Positions 42,901 through 52,850 of a stretch of DNA of 64,000 bases are shown piece after piece. This stretch comes from an uncultured Eggerthellaceae bacterium. Its GTDB lineage: Bacteria; Actinomycetota; Coriobacteriia; Coriobacteriales; Eggerthellaceae. Numbering within the stretch: position 1 is the first letter of the stretch; each line of letters begins with the position of its first letter. A program made the position numbers and the translations under genes. The stretch is taken from contig CAJTXX010000004.1 in assembly GCA_910584145.1 (NCBI GenBank), positions 10,801 through 74,800 on the forward strand, written 5' to 3'. The notes beneath the pieces were generated by a model that ran no database searches, was not told where the DNA came from, and was given only the letters and a program-made list of their open reading frames with translations.

Positions 42901-45501
42901 ATGGTCATCTCTGAGGACAAGAAGGCATCTGCGCAGCGCCGCTACGTGCTGGCGTTCGATACGGCTAACGAGGTCATCGCCATCGGCGTGGGCGAGCTCG
43001 ATGCTGCTGCGCGCGCGGTGCGGGCGGTAGCGTGCGACAAGGTGGCGGCGCATCGCGCATCCAATACGCAGCTGCTGCCGCGCATCGACGCGCTGCTGGC
43101 GCGCGAGGGCATCGCGCGGGCGCATATCGCTTGCGTGTGCGTGGGGCGCGGCCCGGGGTCGTTCACGGGCGTGCGCATCGCCATGGCGACGGCGAAGGGC
43201 ATCGCCTCGGCGTTGGAGGTTCCGCTCGTGGGGGTGTCCACCCTTGATGCGATAGCGCAGGCGGCGCAGGCGCGTGGCATGCGCGGGCGACTGCTCGTGC
43301 TGGCGGACGCTATGCGCAAGGAAGTGTATCCCTGCTGGTTCGAGCTCGGCGACGAGGTGGCCTTGCGGCTCTCGCCCGATAGCGTGGTGAAGGCGGTGGA
43401 GTTCGCTGAGGGTCTTGCGGGCTGTCCGGTTCCGATTCCGGAGGGACATCCAGTCGCTCGGCAGTCCTCGCTTCGCTGCGGAACTCGCTTTGTGGATGCC
43501 CCTCCGGAATCGGAACCTGCTGGGTCGCCCCTTGAGGGGGTGGCGGCTGGTCCTGTGCTCGTTGCGGGTGATGCGTTGGTGAAATATGCCGACTTGTTCG
43601 CTGGGGTGGGGGAATCCTTGCCGGAGGAGCTGTGGACGCCGGGGGGAGAGGGGCTGCTGCTGGCGTTGCAGGATGCTTGGCGGCGGGGAGAGGCTGACCC
43701 GTTCGATGCGGTGCGGCACGACCCGGGGAAGCTCTTGCCGGTGTATACGCGCCTGTCGGATGCGGAGGAGAACGAGCGGAAGAGGCTCGCCGCGCATGAG
43801 CCGAAGAACCTGCGCACCGGCGTGCAGGAGGCGCGCGCTACCATGCACGCCACCTCGCATGCGGGCGAGCTGGCTGGTGCGGATGGCGTCGTATACCTGC
43901 CGCTCGATGCTGCGCATGCGGCCGATGTGGCGGCGCTCGAAGCGCGCTGCATGGGTACCGATGCGTGGAGCGAGGCGATGGTAGCCGACGAGCTGCCGCG
44001 CGCCGATCGCACGTGGTGGCGCGCGGTGCTGCCCGATGGCGCCACGGTCGGCTATGCTGGCGGCCTCATCGTCGGCGGGGACGTGCAGGTGCTGAAGGTG
44101 GCGGTCGACCCTGACCATCGCCGCGCGGGCATCGCCCGTCAACTGCTCGCCCGCGTGCTGGAAGACGCTCGCAACCTGGGGGCGGCCACGGCATCGCTCG
44201 AAGTGCGCGCTTCCAACGCGCCCGCCATCGCCTTCTATGAGGCTCACGGTTTCTGCTCTCTGGGCCAGCGCCCCCATTACTATTCAGACGGCGAAGACGC
44301 CCTCATCCTCTCTGCGGCTGTGGAAGCCGTTGCGGCTGCTTCTTCGGGCAAGCCTTGCTCGGATGCGCCCGCTAACATGCTGGGCGAGGGTTGCGTTGCT
44401 CCTGGGCAGAGCAGCATGTCGTCGGCTGCGTCTTCGGCTGGTCTGCGCGAAGGGGCTGTCGAGCACGCTCGCAGCCGTCCCCTCATCCTCGCTATCGAGA
44501 GCTCGTGCGATGAGACGGCGGCGGCGCTCGTCGATGGCGATGAGCGCATCGTGTCCGACGTGGTGGCGAGTCAGGTCGATTTCCACGCGCGGTTCGGTGG
44601 CGTGGTGCCCGAGATAGCCAGCCGCAAGCATATCGAGGCCATCTGCGGCGTGTGCGGCGAGGCGCTCGATCGCGCTGGCGGCGTGCGCTACCGCGACCTC
44701 GATGCGGTGGCGGTCACCTACGCCCCGGGGCTGGTGGGTGCGCTCGTGGTGGGAGTGGCGTTCGCCAAGGGCGCTGCGTGGGCCGCCGACATCCCCTTCA
44801 TCGGCGTGAACCATCTGGAGGGCCATCTCTACGCCAACAAGCTGGCGCCGGCTGAGCCGCCGTTCGCGCCGCCTTCGGTGGTGTCGCTCGTGTCGGGCGG
44901 CAACACCATGCTGGTGCATATGCGCGATTGGGGCAGCTACGAGGTGCTGGGCGCCACCATCGACGATGCGGTGGGCGAGGCGTTCGACAAGGTGGCGAAG
45001 GCGCTCGGGCTGCCATACCCCGGCGGCCCGCACATATCGCGCTTAGCGGCGCAGGGCGACCCGGCCGCTATCGCCTTCCCGCGCGCTATGCTGCATTCGG
45101 GCGACCTGCGCTTCAGCTTGTCGGGGTTGAAGACAGCCGTCACCACCTACATCAACGAGCGCCGCGCGTCCGGCGAGCCGCTGGACATGCCCGATATCTG
45201 CGCCAGCTTCCAGGCTGCGGTGGTGGATGTGCAGGTGGCGAAGGCGCGCACCGCGCTCGAGCAGACGGGCGCTGCCTGCTTCTGCCTGGGTGGCGGCGTG
45301 GCGGCGAACCCGTACCTGCGCGAGGCATACGAACGCATGTGCGCCCAGCTCGGCGTGCAGCTGGTCATGCCGCCGCTCTCCGCTTGCGGCGACAACGCGG
45401 CCATGATAGCCCTCGTGGCGCTCGACCGCTTCCGCGCCGGCCGCTTCTTCGCGCTCGACGCTGACGCCTGCGCCCATGCGAACCTTGCGGAGCCCTATTA
45501 G
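42901..45501 (+). CDS. Single 866-aa ORF fusing TsaB, RimI (GNAT) and TsaD
   Basis: It has N-terminal TsaB (VLAFDTANEVIAIGV ... GRGPGSFTGVRIAMATAKG). The middle is GNAT (QVLKVAVDPDHRRAGIARQLL ... AFYEAHGF). The C-terminus is TsaD (ILAIESSCDETAAAL ... GVNHLEGH ... GGGVAAN). There is no in-frame stop between the parts. Confidence 0.85.
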   Translation: MVISEDKKASAQRRYVLAFDTANEVIAIGVGELDAAARAVRAVACDKVAAHRASNTQLLPRIDALLAREGIARAHIACVCVGRGPGSFTGVRIAMATAKGIASALEVPLVGVSTLDAIAQAAQARGMRGRLLVLADAMRKEVYPCWFELGDEVALRLSPDSVVKAVEFAEGLAGCPVPIPEGHPVARQSSLRCGTRFVDAPPESEPAGSPLEGVAAGPVLVAGDALVKYADLFAGVGESLPEELWTPGGEGLLLALQDAWRRGEADPFDAVRHDPGKLLPVYTRLSDAEENERKRLAAHEPKNLRTGVQEARATMHATSHAGELAGADGVVYLPLDAAHAADVAALEARCMGTDAWSEAMVADELPRADRTWWRAVLPDGATVGYAGGLIVGGDVQVLKVAVDPDHRRAGIARQLLARVLEDARNLGAATASLEVRASNAPAIAFYEAHGFCSLGQRPHYYSDGEDALILSAAVEAVAAASSGKPCSDAPANMLGEGCVAPGQSSMSSAASSAGLREGAVEHARSRPLILAIESSCDETAAALVDGDERIVSDVVASQVDFHARFGGVVPEIASRKHIEAICGVCGEALDRAGGVRYRDLDAVAVTYAPGLVGALVVGVAFAKGAAWAADIPFIGVNHLEGHLYANKLAPAEPPFAPPSVVSLVSGGNTMLVHMRDWGSYEVLGATIDDAVGEAFDKVAKALGLPYPGGPHISRLAAQGDPAAIAFPRAMLHSGDLRFSLSGLKTAVTTYINERRASGEPLDMPDICASFQAAVVDVQVAKARTALEQTGAACFCLGGGVAANPYLREAYERMCAQLGVQLVMPPLSACGDNAAMIALVALDRFRAGRFFALDADACAHANLAEPY
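43428..43517. repeat. 90-nt palindromic element (25-nt arms, 1 mismatch; 40-nt conserved core), in-frame inside the TsaB part
   Basis: The arms are ggttccgattccggagggacatcca (43428-43452) and tggatgcccctccggaatcggaacc (43493-43517). The core gtcgctcggcagtcctcgcttcgctgcggaactcgctttg is nearly identical to 54340-54381. Confidence 0.8.
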
Positions 45502-46854
<1,353 letters not shown>

Positions 46855-46863
46855 ACCACAGCG

Positions 46864-46891
46864 CGGGCGTCCATCGGGCGCCCGTTCTTTT
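46864..46891 (+). terminator. Rho-independent terminator after eno
   Basis: cgggcg (46864-46869) pairs with cgcccg (46879-46884) and is followed by ttctttt. Confidence 0.5.
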
Positions 46892-46922
46892 GCCCTGATA
46901 TATCCGCGATCAAGGAGAATAC

Positions 46923-48185
46923 ATGCGAGAAGATCAGATGATATCGCTCGAAGAGGCTCGCGCGCTGGTGTGCAGCCGCGTGCAGCCCCTGCCGGTGGAA
47001 TCGGTGGGGCTGCTCGATGCGGTCGGGCGCGTGGCGGTGCAGGATATGAAGAGCGACATAGACGTGTCGCCGTTCGCCCATTCGGCGATGGATGGCTTCG
47101 CCGTGCATGCTGCCGATCTGGAAGCCTCCTCCGAGGCGGCGCCGGTGCAGCTGCGCGTGGTGGGCGATATCGGTGCGGGCGATGTGTTCGGTGGCGCCAT
47201 CGGCGCGGGCGAGTGCATCCGCATCATGACCGGCGCCGAGCTTCCCGCAGACGCCGATGCCGTGGTGAAGTACGAGATCGTCGAGGTCGTAGAGGGCGAC
47301 GGCAAGCGCGGCTCGGTGGTGTCGTTCTCCGCGCCTGCGAAGGTGGGCAGCAACATCCGCCAGGCGGGTGAGGAAGCTCGCGCGGGGCAGGTGGTCGTGC
47401 AGGCCGGCGAGGTGATCGGTTGCGCGGGTGCCGGGTTCTTGGCGAGCTGCGGAGTGCTGGAGGTGCCGGTGCATGCGCGCCCCACGGTGGGCATCATCGC
47501 CACCGGCAGCGAGCTGGTGCCGCCGAGCGAAGTGCCCGGGCCGGGGCATATCCGCGAGTCGAACTCGTATGCGATGGCCGCTTGCGCGCGCGCTGCCGGC
47601 GCGGTGCCGACGATACTGCCCTTGGTTGCTGACACCTACGAGGGCCTGCGTGCAGCGGTCGAGCAGGCGGCGGATAGCTTCGACTTCGTCATCACCACGG
47701 GCGGCGCGGCGAACGGCGACTACGACTTCATCAAGCGCGTGGTGGCCGATGCCGGCGAGCTTCTGATGACGCAGGTGAACATGCGCCCCGGCAAGGCCCA
47801 GACGTTCGGCTTCGTGCACGGCACCCCGGTGTTCGGGCTTCCCGGCAACCCGGCGGCGGCCTATTGCGGCTTCGAGATGATAATCCGCCCGGCGCTGCGC
47901 ACCATGCAGGGCTTCACCCATCTCGACCACCCGCAGGTGCAGGCGCGCCTCACGCAGGACGTGAAGAAGAAGGACCCGCGCATGATACTGCTGCGCGCGG
48001 TGCTGACGGTGGGCGCCGATGGCAGCTATGAGGTGGCTCCCGCGAGCAACCAGAGCTCGGGCTCGTTCGGGGTCATCCAGAAGACGAACTGCTTGGCGGT
48101 CATGCCGGCAGGCTTGGAGTCGAAGAGCGCGGGCGACGAGGTCGCCTGCATCCTGCTCGATATCCCTGAGGAGGTGGCGCTGTGA
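46923..48185 (+). CDS. moeA: Molybdopterin molybdotransferase
   Basis: 420 aa. SPFAHSAMDGFAV ... TTGGAANGDYDF ... MRPGKAQTFG are MoeA motifs. Confidence 0.9.
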   Translation: MREDQMISLEEARALVCSRVQPLPVESVGLLDAVGRVAVQDMKSDIDVSPFAHSAMDGFAVHAADLEASSEAAPVQLRVVGDIGAGDVFGGAIGAGECIRIMTGAELPADADAVVKYEIVEVVEGDGKRGSVVSFSAPAKVGSNIRQAGEEARAGQVVVQAGEVIGCAGAGFLASCGVLEVPVHARPTVGIIATGSELVPPSEVPGPGHIRESNSYAMAACARAAGAVPTILPLVADTYEGLRAAVEQAADSFDFVITTGGAANGDYDFIKRVVADAGELLMTQVNMRPGKAQTFGFVHGTPVFGLPGNPAAAYCGFEMIIRPALRTMQGFTHLDHPQVQARLTQDVKKKDPRMILLRAVLTVGADGSYEVAPASNQSSGSFGVIQKTNCLAVMPAGLESKSAGDEVACILLDIPEEVAL

Positions 48186-48664
48186 GCAGCGAGCTGACCT
48201 TTGCGATCGTCACGTGCTCTGACACCCGCAGCATGCGGGAGGACGAGGCAGGAGATGCCCTTGAGCGCCTGATAGCGGACGTCGGCTGGGAGCTGCGCGA
48301 CCGCGTGGTGGTGACCGACGACCGCGCTTCCATCGGAGACGCCATCGTGCGCGCCGCCGACGAGCTCGGCTGCGACGTGGTGCTCACGTGCGGCGGCAGC
48401 GGCCTGTCGCTGCGCGATGTGACCCCCGAGGCCACGATGGACGTGTGCGAGCGCAACGTGCCCGGCATCGCCGAGGCCATGCGCTGGCATAGCTTGCAGA
48501 TAACCCCCTACGCCATGCTGTCGCGCGCTCTCTGCATGCAGCGCGGCCGCACGCTGGTGGTGAACCTGCCCGGCTCCACCAAAGCGGCCACCGAGAACTG
48601 GGAGGGCATCGTAGGCGCCCTGCCGCATGCTGTGAAGATGATGGGCGGCGGCGGCCACAACTAG
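48182..48664 (+). CDS. MogA/MoaB-family molybdenum cofactor biosynthesis protein
   Basis: FAIVTCSDTRS ... VLTCGGSGLSLRDVTPEA ... VNLPGS. The GTG start overlaps the moeA stop (GTGA). Confidence 0.85.
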   Translation: MSSELTFAIVTCSDTRSMREDEAGDALERLIADVGWELRDRVVVTDDRASIGDAIVRAADELGCDVVLTCGGSGLSLRDVTPEATMDVCERNVPGIAEAMRWHSLQITPYAMLSRALCMQRGRTLVVNLPGSTKAATENWEGIVGALPHAVKMMGGGGHN

Positions 48665-48678
48665 CGTACAATAAGCGT

Positions 48679-50139
48679 ATGGAAGAACTCCCTAACGGTT
48701 TCACCGGATTCAACAGGCGCGGCCCCGGCTTCACGTCGGCCGGCGACGCCATGCGCAAAGCGCGGCGCTCCGCCGAGATGGGCCGCGACGAGACGCACTA
48801 CCGGGAGAGCGGCCGCAAGGCGGCGCAGCACGGCTGGCAACTGCCGCGCGAGAAGCTGATCGTGGGCGAGCAGCGCCGCGGCATGGGCCCGCAGACCGAC
48901 CCGACCGACATGAAGCGCTACCTGCGCGTGCCCGATGTGCTCGCCGGCGAATTCGGCCCGGTCTACGACATGCAGGCGCTCGCCGAGATACCCGAGTACG
49001 ACCGGCGCTGGTCGTGGGTGGAGATCAGCCTGTCTGCCATACGCCACAACACCATGACGGTGAAGAACTCGCTGCAACCGGGCGTGCGCCTGATGGCGGT
49101 GGTGAAGGCCGATGCCTACGGCCACGGCGCTGTGCAGTGCGCCCGCACCATGCTGAACTCCGGCGCCGAGCAGCTGGGGGTTGCCACGGTCGACGAGGGC
49201 ATCGAGCTGCGCGAGGCTGGCATACAGGCGCCCATACTGATACTGTCGGAGCCGCCCATCTCGGCTATCCCGCTGCTCTTGGCCCACAAGCTGCTGCCCA
49301 GCGTCTACACGGTGGAGTTCGCCGTGCGCTACGCTGAGGCGGCTGACAGCATCGATCAGCGCGCGCCGTACCACCTGAAGGTGAACACGGGCATGAACCG
49401 CATCGGCGTGCATTACTCCGAGGTGACCGAGTTCCTGCGGCAAGTCTCCTTCCATCGTGCGCTTGACCTGGTAGGCACCTTCACGCATTTCGCCACGGCC
49501 GACGAGCAGGACACGATGGAGATCGAGCGCGCGAACAACCGGTTCCTGACTGCGCTCGACGCGATGGAGGCCGTGGGGATAGACCCCGGCATCGTGCACA
49601 GCTCCAATTCCGCGGCCACCACGCGCTTCCCGCAGTTGCAGTACGACATGGTGCGCGTGGGGCTATCGCTGTACGGTTACTACTCCACGCCCGAGATGTT
49701 CGGCATGATCGACCTGATACCGGCCATGAGCGTGCATGCGCGCATCACCGATGTGAAGAACGTGCCGCTCGGCGAGGGCGTCAGCTACTTCTTAACGTAT
49801 CGCAGCGGCGGGTACGCGAAGGTATGCACCGTGCCCATCGGCTATGCCGACGGTCTGCGGTTCGGCTTGTCGAACAAGATCGACTTCGTCATGGAAGGGC
49901 GGCAGCATCCGCAGGTGGGCAACATCTGCATGGACCAGTGCATGTTCGAGGTGTCGCAGCGCACGCGCGGTGCGTCGTTCGAGCACCTCGATCCGCAGAT
50001 AGGAGATGAGGTGCTCATCGTAGGCGCGCAGGGCGACGCATTCGCCACTATCGACCAGATGGCCGAGGTGCTGGGTTCTATGAGCTACGAGGTGTGCATC
50101 GGCTTCGGGAACGGCCGCATGCCGAGGGTCTACGTATGA
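48679..50139 (+). CDS. alr: Alanine racemase with an about 100-aa basic N-terminal extension (start uncertain)
   Basis: The core starts at WSWVEISLSAIRHN ... AVVKADAYGHGA (PLP-Lys). The ORF is open from ATG at 48679 with a high third-position GC by eye. The alternative in-frame ATGs are at 48910 and 48970. Confidence 0.85.
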   Translation: MEELPNGFTGFNRRGPGFTSAGDAMRKARRSAEMGRDETHYRESGRKAAQHGWQLPREKLIVGEQRRGMGPQTDPTDMKRYLRVPDVLAGEFGPVYDMQALAEIPEYDRRWSWVEISLSAIRHNTMTVKNSLQPGVRLMAVVKADAYGHGAVQCARTMLNSGAEQLGVATVDEGIELREAGIQAPILILSEPPISAIPLLLAHKLLPSVYTVEFAVRYAEAADSIDQRAPYHLKVNTGMNRIGVHYSEVTEFLRQVSFHRALDLVGTFTHFATADEQDTMEIERANNRFLTALDAMEAVGIDPGIVHSSNSAATTRFPQLQYDMVRVGLSLYGYYSTPEMFGMIDLIPAMSVHARITDVKNVPLGEGVSYFLTYRSGGYAKVCTVPIGYADGLRFGLSNKIDFVMEGRQHPQVGNICMDQCMFEVSQRTRGASFEHLDPQIGDEVLIVGAQGDAFATIDQMAEVLGSMSYEVCIGFGNGRMPRVYV

Positions 50140-50708
50140 CGCGCGAGCGCATACCCTTGGACGAGCTGCGCCAGCGCGTGGCGGCATGCCATGCCTGCCC
50201 GCTCGCTGACGGGCGCACGAACACGGTGTTCGGCGAGGGCGACCCGCATGCGCGCGTGCTCATCGTGGGCGAGGCCCCGGGCAAGAACGAAGACCTCCAG
50301 GGCCGGCCGTTCGTGGGCGCGGCGGGGAAGTACCTCGACGAGCTGTTGGCGATAGCCGGCCTGGCGCGCGAGGATGTGTTCATCGCCAATGTGCTGAAAT
50401 GCCGCCCGCCCGGCAACCGCGACCCGCGTCCCGAGGAGATACAGGCGTGCGTGCCGTTCCTGCGCGAGCAGACCCGCACCATCGACCCGGAATACATCGT
50501 CACGCTGGGGAACTTCTCGACGAAGTTCATCTTGAAGACCGACCGCGGCATAACCGGGCTGCACGGGCAGCTGCATCAGGCCGGGCGCTTCAAGGTGTTC
50601 CCGATCTTCCATCCGGCTGCGGCGCTCTACGACAGCAAGAAGCGCGAGGCGCTGGAGAACGACTTCGCCACGCTGGGGGAGATGCTGGCGCGCGAGGACG
50701 CCCGATGA
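50136..50708 (+). CDS. Family 4 uracil-DNA glycosylase
   Basis: CHACPL ... VLIVGEAPGKNEDLQGRPFVGAAG ... HPAA. ATG overlaps the alr stop (ATGA). Confidence 0.85.
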   Translation: MTRERIPLDELRQRVAACHACPLADGRTNTVFGEGDPHARVLIVGEAPGKNEDLQGRPFVGAAGKYLDELLAIAGLAREDVFIANVLKCRPPGNRDPRPEEIQACVPFLREQTRTIDPEYIVTLGNFSTKFILKTDRGITGLHGQLHQAGRFKVFPIFHPAAALYDSKKREALENDFATLGEMLAREDAR

Positions 50709-52054
50709 GCGCAGGCGACCCGCTGGCGGCGCCTGCCGGTTTCGACCCGGTCGCATATCTGAACGCTCCGCGTTGGCGGGCTTCGAAGCCCGGGCTCGAG
50801 CGCATCGCTGCGCTGGCTGACGAGCTGGGCCGTCCGCAGGACAGCTTGCGGTTCGTCCATGTGGCGGGCACGAACGGCAAGGGCAGCATCTGCGCGTACC
50901 TCGCGGCTATCCTGCGCGCATCCGGCTTCAAGACGGGCCTGTTCACCAGCCCCTACATAGAGCGGTTCGAGGACCGCATCCGCGTGGACGGCGAGCAGAT
51001 CGGCAGCGAGGAGCTGCTGGCGGCCACGCTGCGCGTGCGCGAGGCGGCACGCACGGTGGAGGAGCGCCTCGGCGAGCATCCGACGGAATTCGAGCTGATG
51101 TGCGCCGTTGCTCTGGTGCATTTCCAAGCGATGGGCTGCGATATCTGCGTGATGGAGACAGGGCTCGGCGGACGGCTCGACGCCACGAACATCATCATGC
51201 CCGACGTGAGCGTCATCGCGCGCATCGGCTTCGACCATACGGAGCTGCTCGGCGAGACGCTCTCCGAGATAGCGGCGGAGAAGGCGGGCATCATCAAGGA
51301 AGGGCGCCCGGTGGTGAGCTGGCCGCAAGAGCGGCATGCGATGGAGGTCATCGAGGACGTATGCGCGAGCCGCGGCTGCGCGCTGACGATGCCCGCTTTC
51401 GACCGGCTCGATGCGGGTGCGCTCGATATGGGCAGCCTTGCGCGCTCCTTCCGCTACGAGGGCAGCGGTTATGCGACGCGCCTTCTGGGGAGCTGCCAGC
51501 CGCAGAACGCGAGCGTCGCCATAGAGGCGGCCCGCGTGCTGCGCCGCTGCGGTTGGGACGTGCCTGACGAGGCCCTGCGTGCCGGCATCGAGCATGCCGT
51601 GTGGCCGGGGCGCTTCGAAGTGCTGGAGGGTGCGCCGCTCGTGGTGGTGGATGGCGCGCATAACCCGCAGGGCGCAGAGGCGCTCGCGGAGTCGCTGCGC
51701 GAACTGCTGGCGGCATCTGGCAGGGCTGGGGACGCGGTCAGCTTCGTGATGGGCGTGCTCGCCGACAAAGACTACGAGTACATGATCGAGCCCTTGGTGC
51801 CCTTCGCGTCGTCGTTCGCTGCGTATGCGCCCGACAACCCGCGCGCGCTCGCGGCCGACGACCTCGCGCGCGCCATACGCCGCCAAGCGCCCCCCGATGT
51901 GCCGGTGCAGGCGGCGGCGAGCCCTGAAGCAGCGGTGGAACTGGCCTTAGCGCAAGCGGGCGCTGCCGGTTGCGTGGTGGCATGCGGCACGCTCTATTCC
52001 GTCGCGCGCATAAAAAGATGCCTGCGGGCGATACGCTCCGCAGGCATCTCGTGA
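50705..52054 (+). CDS. folC: Folylpolyglutamate synthase / dihydrofolate synthase
   Basis: VHVAGTNGKGS ... ETGLGGRLDATN ... VVDGAHNP. ATG overlaps the udg stop (ATGA). Confidence 0.9.
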   Translation: MSAGDPLAAPAGFDPVAYLNAPRWRASKPGLERIAALADELGRPQDSLRFVHVAGTNGKGSICAYLAAILRASGFKTGLFTSPYIERFEDRIRVDGEQIGSEELLAATLRVREAARTVEERLGEHPTEFELMCAVALVHFQAMGCDICVMETGLGGRLDATNIIMPDVSVIARIGFDHTELLGETLSEIAAEKAGIIKEGRPVVSWPQERHAMEVIEDVCASRGCALTMPAFDRLDAGALDMGSLARSFRYEGSGYATRLLGSCQPQNASVAIEAARVLRRCGWDVPDEALRAGIEHAVWPGRFEVLEGAPLVVVDGAHNPQGAEALAESLRELLAASGRAGDAVSFVMGVLADKDYEYMIEPLVPFASSFAAYAPDNPRALAADDLARAIRRQAPPDVPVQAAASPEAAVELALAQAGAAGCVVACGTLYSVARIKRCLRAIRSAGIS

Positions 52055-52082
52055 GCATCAGCGCGGCTCGCGCCGCCGTTCG

Positions 52083-52673
52083 CTAGCGTGCCGGGGTGAG
52101 CAGGCCGTACCCGCCGCCGTGGCGACGGTACAGCACGTGCACCTCGCCGCTGTCGCGGTCGGTGTACACGTAGAAGTCGTGCCCCAGCAGGTCGATATCG
52201 GTAAGGGCCTCGTCCTCGGTCTTGGGCGAGTATTCGATCTGCTTGCGGCGGACCACTTCATCGTCTGACAGCTCCGCCATCAGCTTGTCCAGGTCGAGGT
52301 CCGATTCGGGGACCTCGCTCTTCGCTGCGGTCTTCTCGGTGGTCAGCGTGTCTTCGCGCTTCTCGCGCCGCTTGTCCTTGATACGCGTCTTGAACTTGCG
52401 CAGCTGGCGCGCGATCTTCGCCGCTGCGACGTCGATAGCCGCGAACATCTCCTCCTCGCGGACCTGCGCACGGGCCATATGCCCGGGTATCAGCACCGTC
52501 ACCTCGCACACCGCGGCATTCTTGATGGTGGGGTTCTTCTCGCGGAACAGAACGATCTCGCATGCGGTCGCATTCACGTCGAGCTGCTGCACCGCGCCGC
52601 CGATCTTGTCTTCAGCGTAGTCCCTGAGGGAATCGCTTACCGGCATCTTGCGTCCAGAAACCGTTACATCCAT
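52083..52673 (-). CDS. hpf: Ribosome hibernation promoting factor (long HPF)
   Basis: MDVTVSGRKMPVSDSLRDYAEDKI ... plus a C-terminal dimerisation domain (DLLGHDFYVYTDRDSGEVHVLYRR). Confidence 0.9.
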   Translation of the reverse strand: MDVTVSGRKMPVSDSLRDYAEDKIGGAVQQLDVNATACEIVLFREKNPTIKNAAVCEVTVLIPGHMARAQVREEEMFAAIDVAAAKIARQLRKFKTRIKDKRREKREDTLTTEKTAAKSEVPESDLDLDKLMAELSDDEVVRRKQIEYSPKTEDEALTDIDLLGHDFYVYTDRDSGEVHVLYRRHGGGYGLLTPAR

Positions 52674-52850
52674 TGCGCACCTCTTGTCTCTCGTCGCGGA
52701 TAATACGCTCTAAGCATATGGTAACCGTTGCTGATGGCGGATAGCTTTACGAAAGCGTAGCCGTTCCGATGATTAGCCGGACCGAGCGCGCCTCGCCGTT
52801 ACCGTATAATCCATGAGGAGAACGAGGAGATACGGCGGATAGAGGCGACG

